From Antedon mediterranea (Eukaryota; Animalia; Echinodermata), in contig NC_092678.1 of NCBI RefSeq assembly GCF_964355755.1, positions 22,275,365-22,339,364 on the forward strand: 64,000 nt of DNA. Direction: 5' to 3'. The notes under the pieces are model-generated. The model saw only the letters and a list, made by a program, of their open reading frames with translations, was not told the DNA's origin and did not search any database. Made by a program: the position numbers and the translations under genes. How positions within the stretch are numbered: position 1 is the stretch's first letter; each line of letters begins with the position of its first letter. This document shows positions 26,670 to 38,664 of this stretch, in pieces.

Positions 26670-29600
26670 GTAACACTTTATTTTATTGACAGTCCTTTTT
26701 TGCTTATAAATATTAATACAACTTTAATAATAGCATTTCTTACTTTAACAAAAATAATAGTTTAAAACTACTGTATACAAAAATAACAGTATGTAGTTTA
26801 AATTTCTAACTTTAACTTGCATGAATTGGTTGTAGACAGCATATACAAAAAAATGATATACTGTATTTCTAAAAAAAATACAGAAAAAAAAATAGCAAAT
26901 GTTTTGAAGATTGTACAAATGACAGCAGCATGTGATGCTTGTTAATTATTTACTCCACCCACATTATTGACAAAGCAGTAGAAGGCTTGGTTCAATAGAA
27001 TGCCATTCCGCCTTTTAGTTGTGCCCCAATTGACGTCCGTTGTTGTTACGCCTTGCTGATTCCACTATGAAAATAAAAGGACCTTTGTCATTGTATTATG
27101 CTCTATTATGAAAAGTAAACAATGGTTTAACCTAGATATGTTAATGTGTACTTGTGTTGGATCAGTTTTGGTTATAAGGTGTAACAGGTACACCCATTTT
27201 ATACAAACAACTTATTTAGCTATAGAACTACTCAACAGTGTTTATTTCATTTTTAAATCGTGTTTTTTAAAGTTGATACAGTTATTCGTTTTATTTAATG
27301 AGGAAATAAATTTGCTTTTTCTATTTCTTCATGGTTTCATAATAATTTATTAATAATTAAACCAGTAGCCATGGCCTATAGGTTAAAGTACATCTTCCAG
27401 GGTTATTTGTTTGATCTAGCAGTTGCAGGGTTGTTTTTTGTTTGATCATGGACCTATGGTTTGATCCTAGCATTTTAAATAACAAATTTACCAGCGACAT
27501 GCTTCATAGACAGAACGAATAATTGTAAATATTTAAAACGAGATTTAATTTGTTGTGTTGAACAAAATTAATAAATTAGTAGCATTGGTTGATTATAATA
27601 ATCAATTATTCATTGAGTTTCAAGAATATTTACCGTAGTTGGTTTGAATTAATATTTAAAATTTTATTTCCTCTTATAAAAAAAAAATTACAAGTTTAAT
27701 AACGTGCATATGCAATGACTAAAACATTCATTACCTCACACCAGCGCCTTGGTGTAAGGTTGGGTGTCAGGCCATGACATCCTCCGTGACCCTTGACATC
27801 TGCAAGTGTCGCACTATCCCGGCTAGAATGTTATCTGAGGAAGGAAGTGAAAATATTAGTAATACAAGGTCTGCAAATCGAGTAGCTATGAAAAAATTAT
27901 AATCACCATGCTTGAAAAAAACAACACAATTTTAGTTTGTGCACCGATGTGTTTTGGAATCCTTGCAAGGGATATTAAAACAAAGCCACTCCTTTTGAAT
28001 ACTGTATTTTTTGCACTGCAATACAACTTATAATTTAACTAAATATACATTTTCTGATCAATTCCTCCATATGCTTTTACAGTATATCAATAAATTATTA
28101 ATAGTAACCCACATATGAAATAGATCCATTCAACCATAACAGCATTTAATATTACGATAGTTTTGGATCAATATTGCAAAGTGTCAATAATCAAGATTTA
28201 GTGTGGGCGGTTTGTTTTATCAGATGTTACAACCGTTTCGAATTTACAATAGCATTTTTAATTCTTGTTTTGTTCTAATTTGTTTGCACTTCCGTTCAAA
28301 CTTAACAGCTGTTTCACTTATAATTTAGGTTTTCCACTTCCGACGGTGACGTAAGCAAGTTTAATTATGTATAATATTAAGCGAAATAAAATGAATTTTT
28401 AATTACTCATAATCTGTTTAGCTTTCTAAAAAAAAGTCATAGAAGCTTGGCTCCAATAAGCTATTGTATTAAAAATATTTTGTAGTTAAGCTAAATTTTA
28501 TAAAAGTATGTGCAATTAAAAGGTCATTTTACATGGCAAGTTAAATTACTAATTATACAAACACATGAATTTTATTTTAAATTAATCAATTAAAACTATC
28601 ATAAATTGCGATAAATAAAATTTAATATTAATCAAATGCAACACAAGTAAAAACATTTAAACATTTACAATAAGTTTGAAATTTACCGTACCATTTTTTT
28701 AATCAAATAGTTTTCTTTTCTCAAAGAGGTACAGTTTGAGATTATCTCATATAAAACCTTTCGGGAACAGTTCAGTCCTAGATTGTCGCATTTTCTTCAC
28801 CTTCCAATGAACGTAACCTCGTTTTCAAATCAAAATATTTCTGTATTAACTGTAGTCTTGTCATTGAATGCAGATCGTCCAATAGTGCTTGTTCGTTTTC
28901 CAAATCAAAATTTGACGCTGAAGTTTTATCAATTGCGAGATGTCTTGAACGCTCTTCTATCGGAGATTCACAATCGCTTTTTGATGTTGTTGATGACTGA
29001 CCGCACGATTCCCCATCTGACGTTAAGTTCCTACATGAATGTAACGTATGGCAATCACTAAATACCGGACTAAGCGGCAACGAAAAATTAACTTTTGATG
29101 ATTCAATTTCATCTGTACCATACATTTGAAGATAATATTCAGATGGTGAAATTAGTTCGTCACTGGTAGTTGGTTCTGGTACAGCAGGAGTTGGTGTATT
29201 CGGTACACGATACCATTCTTCCACTGGGTCAAAATCATCTGGACGTGGAGCTGGAATGGTCAGCGGCCGGAGATTCGGTTTCCATGCTAGACCACGTCTT
29301 CTGTTTTTTGTTGGAGTTGGTAGAACAGTTGATGATACAGCTTCCTCGGGTTGCGATACTGAAATGAGTTTTCGTTTGCGTCCTCTTCTCGTTTTCTTTC
29401 GCTTCCCGCATCTTGGAGTTTTCTGCTCAAGTTGAATGTCCACAATAGTTGCCGATTCACTTTCCATATTGAAATTTAGAAAATAAATCATTTAGCAAAG
29501 ATATCAACAAAATATGGTTTTAATTAAACCAGATTAGGCTTAGCAAGCAATATGTTTAAACTTTGAGTACTAAAGTTGATACTAACTTTACAAATAATTA

Positions 29601-29800
29601 GTTAATCAACAAAATATTTGTGATTTATAAAATAAAAAGTTCTTCTTGGTTAGAAATACAGATCTATTATCTTCAATACTGGAATATTAATTGAGTTATT
29701 TTATAATCTAACTCAAACTTACTTCTGACTAAGTGCTAAACTCGGCACGTCTGCTCTCTTTGCTCGCTGCTCTCGTAATGATCGATCTTGTTGCGAAATG
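26670..29800 (-). ncRNA. Putative spliced non-coding (or UTR) exon chain surrounding the HEXIM-like ORF
   Basis: Exon 1 ends at 29723 (GAA|GTAAGT). Exon 2 is 27834-27735 (CTTCCTTCCTCAG| ... GAG|GTAATG). Exon 3 starts at 27064 (CCTTTTATTTTCATAG|), with AATAAA signals at 26687-26677. The exons are GC-richer islands in AT-rich DNA and give only short ATG-initiated ORFs. No transcript evidence. Confidence 0.55.
28778..29467 (-). CDS. HEXIM-like protein, intronless, 229 aa from MESES (237 aa from the ATG at 29491)
   Basis: Basic tract KRKKTRRGRKRK, then RRRGLAWKP, and a C-terminal NFDLENEQALLDDLHSMTRLQLIQKYFDLKTRLRSLEGEEN that parallels the HEXIM cyclin T-binding coiled coil (DFSETYE..ESLQNMSKQELIKEYLELEKCLSRMEDEN). 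The PYNT motif is absent. Confidence 0.7.
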   Translation of the reverse strand: MESESATIVDIQLEQKTPRCGKRKKTRRGRKRKLISVSQPEEAVSSTVLPTPTKNRRRGLAWKPNLRPLTIPAPRPDDFDPVEEWYRVPNTPTPAVPEPTTSDELISPSEYYLQMYGTDEIESSKVNFSLPLSPVFSDCHTLHSCRNLTSDGESCGQSSTTSKSDCESPIEERSRHLAIDKTSASNFDLENEQALLDDLHSMTRLQLIQKYFDLKTRLRSLEGEENATI

Positions 29801-30230
29801 TTCGTTTATCGAACGTCGTGTGTATGTTGTCATGGCCCGACGTCACGGAAACGTTTCACGCGCACTAACCTTCACGTACAGTCGTTTAGAGGTTGTTGAC
29901 AATTAGTTTTATGGAAATGAAAGGCTATTGTATAACAGAATGGTGGCGTTTTGTTTTTATTTACGGTTGACTGATTCTCGTCAGGTACGTGGTGATGAGA
30001 ACATTCTGAAACAGGTAGGCCTAACTTTACCTCATTTAACTTTTGTTTTGAAAATACAATTATACTTTTTCTTTTGGAAATGTATTGTCTAAATGTTGCA
30101 CTATAAAATTTCTTGATTTGTATTGAATAAAACGTATTTAATGTTGTGTTTGCAGCAGCCTTTTCCACACAGCAGACAGCACTCCTCTGTCTGTCTGCTG
30201 CACAGTCACCACACACCGGCGGTGGGCTCA
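29800..30230. promoter_or_regulatory. Probable divergent promoter for the HEXIM-like locus (-) and the POMGNT1-like gene (+)
   Basis: CpG-rich patch with CRE-like CGACGTCA next to ETS-like CGGAA (~29838-29850) and further ACGT cores, lying between the two 5' ends. Confidence 0.5.
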
Positions 30231-31054
30231 CTGATATGATGAGGAGGAGTAGGAGAGGAAGGGCTGCATCTAGTAGGCCCTAGTACCATACTAAGTAGGC
30301 TAGCTACCTACCTGTGCTCATGATATAGGCATAGAGTAGGAGCCCTAATCATCTTCTAATATGGATTATTGCATATAAACATGAATAAAAAATCCTTTAG
30401 GCTAGGGCCTAGGCTGTATTTTAAAATATTTAAATTTAAAAAAAAATGATTATATTCTTTTCTACTATAATAGCCTAGCTAGATTGATATTATTTCTTTG
30501 TTGAAATCTAATCAAAAGAAAATACAATGCATTTTCATTTCACACATTTCAATTGTCCGGTTTCACTATATAGGCCTAGGTAGGTCACAAAAGGGTGTAT
30601 TCTGTCACCACACCTTGTTGATTAATACGTTCAAAAGCTTATTTTTATATATAAATTTAACATTTTAACAAATAATTGTACAACATAAATTGTTAACCCC
30701 TTGACCGATTGTGTCGAATATAAAAATTAAAATGAAGTAAAAAACAAATATTTTTTTGATTCAGTATATTATAATACTATTACTAGATCAATAGATATTA
30801 GTATGAATTGAATATATAACTATACAGTAACTATGTGCTTTGAAAAGGAAAAAATAAATATATATGGAATATGAATATTTATTATTGTATTCTAGGGCAT
30901 GTTTGTGGTCAAAATTGTAAAATGTAGTTATTTAATCAATTTTTATTTGGTGGGTATGTGGTTTTGCATTTTTTATTAAACATTTAAACTTTTTACAGGC
31001 AATGTTCAAAACACAAGATTTTACTGTATTCTTCATGATCACATGATATCAACA

Positions 31055-34000
31055 ATGAAGGTTATTCGCTTAAAAAACCGTGAGTATAATGAGGGCGCTG
31101 CACTGTGGTGAATACCACAGACGTTTATTTTATCTGATAAATGTTATATTTTTTCAGATAAGTAGGATTAAAAAGTATTTTAATACAATTTCTGTATTAA
31201 AAAAATTTTAAAAAATGTTTCAAATTAAAACTCAATCATAGAGTATACCTATTCAAACTGGTTCTAGAGAAATGGATGTGGTGTGGTGTTTTTTTTTCAC
31301 AGGAACGCAAAATATAATCCTGGTGGTCATCTTTCTATGCTCTGTGTATTATTTCTACAAACACATCTTTGATGAGTCAACAGACAACAAGCTGTCTTTA
31401 GGTGAACTTTCCAAAAATAATTTACCAATAGGTAAGTAGATTAGAACACATTCACTCTATTCAGAGGACACACCCTTTTCAATGGACACACCCTTGAGGG
31501 GACAATTTCTCATTAAATGAATGAGGGGTGTATATATGTTTTAACAATAAGGCCAACATCTATTCAGAGGACACCCTATTAAATGGAAACTTTGTCAGAT
31601 CCCAAACGTGTCTCCCTCACTGTAAGTGCTTGAGCTACCATACGAACATGTATGTATCATAGTCCCTAAATTTCTTATTTTCATATGCAACTAAATTAAC
31701 CTAATTTTATCTATTTTAAATAAACTTTATTGTTATTTACTTTTTATCATTTATTTTTTTAATTTATTTCGTTCCTTATTTAATTTTTATCTTTTTTTTT
31801 TTCTTTTTATAAAAGAAGAAAAAATAGAATATGAAGATGAAGCAAAATGTGGAAATGCAAAGCCTTGTGTCAAAGGTCAATATGCGGTCAGCATTACAAG
31901 TGGATCTGGGAAGAGCAGTGCCTCACCGATGTGTTTTAATGGTGTTCTGTAAGTAACAGTAATGTCAATAACTATACTGTATATAGTTGACTCTCTAAAA
32001 TATCTCTCAAAATTCTTTTTGCATTTTAAAATTAGACATATTAGGCCTGTCCCAGGCTGTCTGGCATTGGGAGAGTTAACCGTACCAGAGTTTCTGACAA
32101 AAATAAGCATTTTAGGGCATACCAAGTGTGTCTAGTATTGGAGAGTATAATGTACCTTTTCTACCTGCAACATTACATCATACTTTCAATTTAATTTATT
32201 TCATTATTTAAAGTTCAAATGATCATTTACAAAATCAATAAATACTTTTTTTTTGTCAGAGCATCACATGACATTAGCAGAGGAATGAATGTTTTGGTAA
32301 TTGATGGTAAGTGGAATAATATGTATAAAGGCATGCTTTAGAGAGATGAGTAATTAGGTTACCCAACATAATGTTCTTCCGCCAAGTAGATCCTTCACAG
32401 CCATATTTTAATACAGCATCCATTCTAAAATCCCCAAAGAAATTAATATTTGAAATTGGGATATGAAGAACATTGATTTTTTTACTTTAAAGCTCTATCT
32501 ACACTATCAAACTAGTTTGACAAAGAAAGTGTGATGTGCCCAAATATGGTAGTGATTTGACATCATCATGTTCATGTATGGGCACATCACATTTTTTTGT
32601 CACTTAAAGTTTTAGAGTGTAGACAAGGCTTTAAAGATTGGTAGTGTCCTTTATATTGATTTCTTTGCATATTACAGAATTGAACGGAAATATAATTTCT
32701 GAGGATGTTTTTGATTTGTGGGGCCAAGGTAAGTTATTTATTAATTATAATTTAACTAGGACTCTCACTTGTATGACACATGTATGTTGAACAAAAAATA
32801 ATCTTAAGTTAAACATCACAGTCAGAAATTTTGCAATGAGACTAAACATCTTTTATTCTATATTCTATACTTTGTCTTGGGCAGACAGTAATCATTTTAT
32901 CCAGTTCCTTGATGGTCTGGCCACTGGTCAAGTGATTGTTGTGGCAACAGTCGATGAAGCGTCAAAACAATTATCTGAGCATGCTCGCGAAATATTGCGT
33001 GACGGGTTTGGTAGTAGACATATTGAACTATTGAACTACAGAGGAACATGGGCATTTATTGGACAGAAAAATGTGGAACATGAGGGGTACTATGAAAAGG
33101 TTAGTAAGCAAAATGCTATTATAATATTGTTCACTGATAGATGATAGTAGTAGAAATTTGATATTTTTGGAATCACTTGATGGGATTATAAACGCTCACA
33201 TTTTAAATTAAAGGGCCTACTGAGACAAGTTTATTTCTAGGTTTTTCCTCATTTTATGCTCTGTATTATTTGTATAGCATTTGATGAAATAAGTGTTTGT
33301 TGTGGTGGTAAATTCATACTTTTTATAGTAACTTAGGGAACATGATTTTGTGTTATTTTCATTACAGATAAACCCACGTAAAGATAAACAATATTGGGCC
33401 GAACCTTCCGTTATCAGAGGATGCATCAAATTGCCACGTAAGTAAATATAGACATAGCAGAACTTATACGACTAGATTCCTCCATAACTTCCTGCCATTG
33501 TGCAAGTTAGTTTATTATAGAAATGAATATATATTTTCAACTACGTTATTAAGTCAGACTTTTTAAAAGGTATATCTCATTTTAAATGTAGTATCGGAAG
33601 CCACGGAATTGGAAGAACAAGAAGAAGGAGAAATAATTGTGGTTAAAAAAGAACCAGAGGAAGAGATTAACATGTGTGGAAGGTTGAAATGCGGGTCTGG
33701 AACTATAGCAGTGCATGTACGCTCAAGCTATGTTAAAGGAAAAACGAAAATCTTTCCCATGATATGTGTGGATGGACAACCGTAAGATATATTTTATATT
33801 TAATGTATATGATTGTAATCTAGATTACCCATTTATAGAGTACACAGTGGAGCTTTAGGGATGCCACTGAGAGACAATCCCACCTCATGGTACAATAGTT
33901 TTGTAGCCACATGAGATTGAGATTACCTAAATCAATTGTTTCTTTATAGATTGATATACAAGGACGGTGGCACAGGAACAGCTGGCCGTGGTCTTAACGT

Positions 34001-37000
34001 AGTAGTGTTTGACCCTAAGGAGAAGAAGCCTGTTAAGACTGTGTATTATGATACATATGACTCTGGTATGATATGTCTTATCAGCTTATAAAGCTCTGTC
34101 TACACTATCAAACTAATTTTACAAAAAAAGTGTGATGTGCCCAAATATGGTAGTGATATGACATCATCATGTCCATATATGGGCACATCACATTTTTTTC
34201 ACATAAAGTTCTATAGTGTAAAATCACCTCCGTTTTCATAATTTTTCTTCCCTTTCTATCCTAGTTATGTAAATATCTTTTGTTTACCCTGAAACCTATT
34301 TTGGGATGCCTGACAATAATCACACGTTCCTTTTATTCTATTTTTAGACACGGATGATCGTATAGCGGCGTCATTGTTTCACAGTATTAAAAAGGATCAC
34401 TTTGTAATTGTAACGACTCATGATGAAGTTACACGCAAGTATGTTTTATCATCACACTGTTGTTTTTATTTCATCGGAATGCAATAATACTGTTATATAC
34501 AAAAGTTAATTTGTGTTGTCTTCAACAGTTTTGTGCTACTTTTTACAATTAAATTTAAAGAGATTGTAAAGCTCTGTCTACACTATCAAACTTTTGTGAC
34601 ATAAAAGTTTGATGTGTGCATATATGGACATGATTATGTCATATCACTACCATATTTAGGCACATCAACTAGTTTGATAGTGTAGACACCCATTATTCTA
34701 TGTTCTTTGTTGTCTTGTAATACTATTTTATGGAAGAATGATACTATTACTGGGGACATTATAACAAATCTGATAACATTATTATTTTAGGCTAGGTTTT
34801 GAAACAATGGGAGAGCTCAGAAATCTTGGTAGCCAGCATATAAACAGCCTAGGCTTTCGTTCATCGTGGGCGTTCATTGGACAGGGCAAAATAAATGGTA
34901 ACTCACCCTATGAGCTTGTTGGGGAGGTAGATGACGATGGCTGGGGAACTAAAGTGGAAATAGAGGAATGTGTTCCAAAAGTCAGTAAGTAGATTTTTAA
35001 TTATAACAATTCTTGATGAACTTTGAACCTTTTGCAATTCTGAAGAAAATTTAGGCTGTTTATTGTTATCGTAGGTCACTTAATAACACCCTGTCTGTTT
35101 AAGGTAAAAAACTATATTATAGTACTGTATGTTAGGCATGCGGCATGTGTTTGTAAGTATCAACATAATTCCAAAAACCATGCACCTTTAGTGCCTTTTG
35201 TCGCATACATTTGATAGTGTAGACAGAGCTTAAGTCTGATTTTATTTTGAGAATGCATTTAAATACCGTAATACGAGAAGAATTTTGTTAATGATTTACT
35301 AACTGTTACTGTTTTGTAGACGAAAATTATTTATTTATATTTTTTTTTTATTCTAGTCAAGAAAGAGGCAAGTGATACAAATACTGACACTAGCCAAACA
35401 AGCAAGAAAAAAATAAGTTTTTGCAAAAAATATGATAGCTATGGAGAATTCTGTAATGGTAAGAGCATTGTTGCAACTTAATATAATACTGGAATACTGG
35501 AGTAGATTTGATTACTTTTTATGCTGTTATTAGATTAAATTTGTAATGAATATTTAATATTCCAGAAAAATTGGATGTTCCATTGTTACCTGTTGCCCTT
35601 GACGACGCATCATTAAAGTCTAATCCAGCGTACAGCACTCCAATCATCATAGTATCAGGTGTGTATTTTATATAATTAGTTTTACAGTAATTTTAGAAGT
35701 TTTGTGCACTAAGGGCTTAGAATCCACTAAATCGATTGTAATTACATAGTTGACACAAAGACTTGTATATCTATTGAGGTAGGTATACTGATAATTACAC
35801 GATGAATAATAGACAGTAAATATAAAATATGTATCAAAATAAAGTTATTAATTTAAATAGGAGAAATTAAAAGTCTGATATATAAATTAAAAGTTGAATA
35901 TGAATAGACGCTACACATGTATGCAGATCTTTTGGTGAATAAGAAATTTCTTGTTTTAATTAGGTCCTGATCTGCCTGAGCTACAGAAGACAATGGATTC
36001 TGTTCTTCAGATTCCTGGCTTAAATAATAAAATGGTTGTTGTAAGTATACTATATAAACCTGTGACCGATTTAAAGAAAATAAATTATTTTTTGTCGTTT
36101 TTCATAAATATTTATTGTGCAACAGGTTGTTGTAGAAGAAACTTTTGAAGAATCTACGTTGCTAGTTCAGCTTTATAATTTCCGGCTTGAACATGTTAAA
36201 ACTGCAACAACTTTTGCAGGTAATTTTTATATCTACAAACATAATATAATGTAATAACATGTGATTTCTTCTTCATAATATGTGACTTCTTCTTCATAAC
36301 ATGTGATTTCTTTTTCATAACATGTGATTTCTTCTCCATAACATGTGATCTCATTTTCCATTAAAGGAATGATGCATAAGACAATGCGTCTTACAATGTC
36401 ACTGAATTACTTCAAAGACAAGAATAACTTCATCATGATAGAGGATCGTATCAATGTCAGTCCTGATCTGCTGCGATATTACTCTCAGACGCTTCATCTG
36501 CTTCAAGAAGACTCGTCTATATTCACTGTATCTGCATGGAATGAATTTGGTATGTTTTTGTAGTATTCTTTAGAATTCAACTCTAAAAATCAGACAATAT
36601 TCAGTCAGAATTTAATTAGCCTAAAATTCGGTTTTTACCAAATATAGAAATTAACAATGCATTTGAAATAGTAGAACAGAATTTGGAATGTTTTGCGCCT
36701 GAGAAGTTAATTCCGTTTTTGTTACAAATAACTGATGAAAACAATGCTGTGTGTTGGATTTCAAACATATTTTCTTTGAATTTTTTTTCAGGTATTTCTA
36801 GCACATCCAGCGATCCTAGTCTTTTATACAGAACAGAACTATTCATAGGATATGTGTAAGTACCATTCTTTCATTGTAGTTTCAATCTATTGTGTACAGC
36901 TTTATGGCATAAATAAATTGATAACAGTGCATTGTAGTATATGATAAATTATTTAATTTATTTATTCTAGATGGGTATTGCAAAGATCTATCTGGGATAA

Positions 37001-38664
37001 AGAGATACGAGACAAAGAGGGACCGTGTTGCAATCGGCCTACTTGGCAAGGCTGGTTTCTGGATAACCTTATGAAGGGGCGTGAGGTGGTTGCACCTGAT
37101 GTTTCACGAGCTTCGAAGAGGTTGCAAGATGGTTACTATGTTGACAAGAAAGCTATTGAAGAATATCATCATGACAGACTTGAATCTACGTAAGTGACTG
37201 GTTTCTATTTTATTCATAATTTTAAATTAATACACAAAAGTTTATCCTTGTGATTTAATTGGTTGATTACGTATCATCATGTACCATGCATTATTTGGAT
37301 TCATTGTCACAGATTAGTACTTGCATTCCACATTAAAATGTTTGTAAACACTTTTTATGCAAGGCTTTAATGAACTCCATTATCTGTATGTTATTGTATA
37401 CCTCAATGTACTCTATTTCAGAGATTGTGAAAACGAACCAAAATTTGCATTGAAAATGGTGAAAGCAGCCTATGAAGACGAATTGAAAGACTTAATTACA
37501 ATGAGCTTGCCAGTTGATGAAGATGATTTAGAAGGGTGTATGGAAAGTGGAGCAATTATCTTAGAAAAGGATGACGAGTCAAAGTAAGTTATTGGTGCTG
37601 GTTGCAATGGATGGTACAGGTCCCTGGTTGCAATGGTACAGTTCGCTGGTTGCAATGGTACAGGTCCCTGTAGTGCCTGGTTGCAATGGTACAGGTCTCC
37701 GGTTGCAATGGTACAAGTCCTTGGGGTGCTGGTTACAATGGTTCAGGTCCCTGGGGTACTAGTTGCAGTGGTTCAGGTTGCTGGTTGCAACGGTACAGGT
37801 CCCTGGATGCTGGTCCCAATGATACATGTTGCTGGTTGCAGTAGGTCAGGTCCCTGGGTGCGGGTTGCAACGGTACAGGTCCCTGGGGTGCTGGTTCCAA
37901 TGATACATGTCGCTGGTTGCAGTAGTTCAGGTCCCTGGGGTGCTGGTTGCAACGGTAAAGGTCCCTGGGGTGCTGGTTCCAATGATACATGTCGCTGGTT
38001 GCAGTAGTTCAGGTCCCTGGGGTGCTGGTTGCAACGGTAAAGGTCCCTGGGGTGCTGGTTGCAATAGTACAGTTCGCTGGTTGCAATCGTACAGTTCACT
38101 GGCTTACTGGTTGCAATGGCACGGGTTGCTGGTTGCAATGGTACGGGTTGCTGGTTGTGATGGTAGAATTTACTCTGTGGTGCTAGTTGCGTTTGCTGGT
38201 GCAGGTTTTTGTGGGTAGTACGTGTTAGTAGAAGTTGTAGTGGTGTTGATGAAGGGTTTTGTAGTGTGTTTTGGTGGTGCTACTTGTTTTACTGATACTG
38301 ATTCCGATGGTTTTGACAAATTCTTCATATTTCTTTTTTCAGAAATGTATATTCAGTATTCTATGAATATGATTCTAAAGATAGGACTCTACTTCAGTTA
38401 TGCAAGTGTTTCAATCTGTATGTTCATAAGGGTACCACAGTCAGGAATATTCATAACGGACTAATACGGTATGTCAACATTTCATCAACTTACCAACTGT
38501 AATATTATATCTAAAGGTGTCTAACAGAAGGTGTATGTTCTAATGTGCTTTTGTTTCATTTTAGCTTTACAATGGACATGGATATATACTTTTTAATTGG
38601 TTCCAAGACTGAATATTATGAACTCAAACCAGATAATGTTGTTGCAGTTAAAGTAAGATCATGA
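31055..38664 (+). CDS. POMGNT1-like type II membrane protein: TM anchor, two ILEI/FAM3-like domains, GT13-like domain (about 20 exons)
   Basis: Approximate exons 31055-31079, 31303-31431, 31815-31948, 32260-32306, 32678-32728, 32885-33099, 33368-33437, 33592-33781, 33950-34064, 34348-34438, 34790-34981, 35357-35458, 35566-35658, 35964-36040, 36127-36218, 36367-36549, 36792-36850, 36971-37189, 37422-37583, 38343-38468, 38565-38664. TM segment IILVVIFLCSVYYFY. ILEI motifs occur twice (RGMNV..DEAS..YRGTWAFIGQK; GRGLNV..HDE..FRSSWAFIGQG). GT13 motifs FCKKYDSYGEFC, SAWNEFG, LLYRTE, GWVL, GREVVAPDVSR. Alternative in-frame ATG at 31043. Confidence 0.85.
32488..32633. mobile_element. PIF/Harbinger-type MITE family A, full-length copy
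   Basis: TIR AGCTCT(G/A)TCTACACTATCAAACT in a TAA/TTA context. Other copies or fragments: ~9235-9300, 21118-21235, 22560-22663, 23072-23150, 25710-25795, 34089-34220, 34568-34688, 35210-35233, 47395-47555, 47677-47731, 49654-49808, 53510-53575. Confidence 0.85.
36255..36350. repeat. 21-bp tandem repeat, 4-5 copies, just upstream of a 3' splice site
   Basis: Unit TAACATGTGATTTCTTCTTCA with variants. Confidence 0.85.
37592..38160. repeat. Degenerate GC-rich minisatellite in a POMGNT1-like intron
   Basis: Recurring GCTGGTTGCAA(T/C)GGTACAGGTCCCTGGGGT modules, which explain the cluster of overlapping repetitive ORFs. Confidence 0.9.

Noticed and set aside
27735-29800. Idea that the non-coding exons are 7SK RNA itself (GATCGATC at ~29780; 7-8 nt matches to remembered vertebrate 7SK segments)
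   Set aside because: 7SK is an unspliced Pol III transcript. The matches are short, out of order and partly antisense. An Infernal search with 7SK models would be needed to say more.
37571-38464. Cluster of overlapping ORFs with collagen- or mucin-like look
   Set aside because: Produced by an intronic minisatellite. The flanking real exons (37422-37583 and 38343-38468) join in frame without it.
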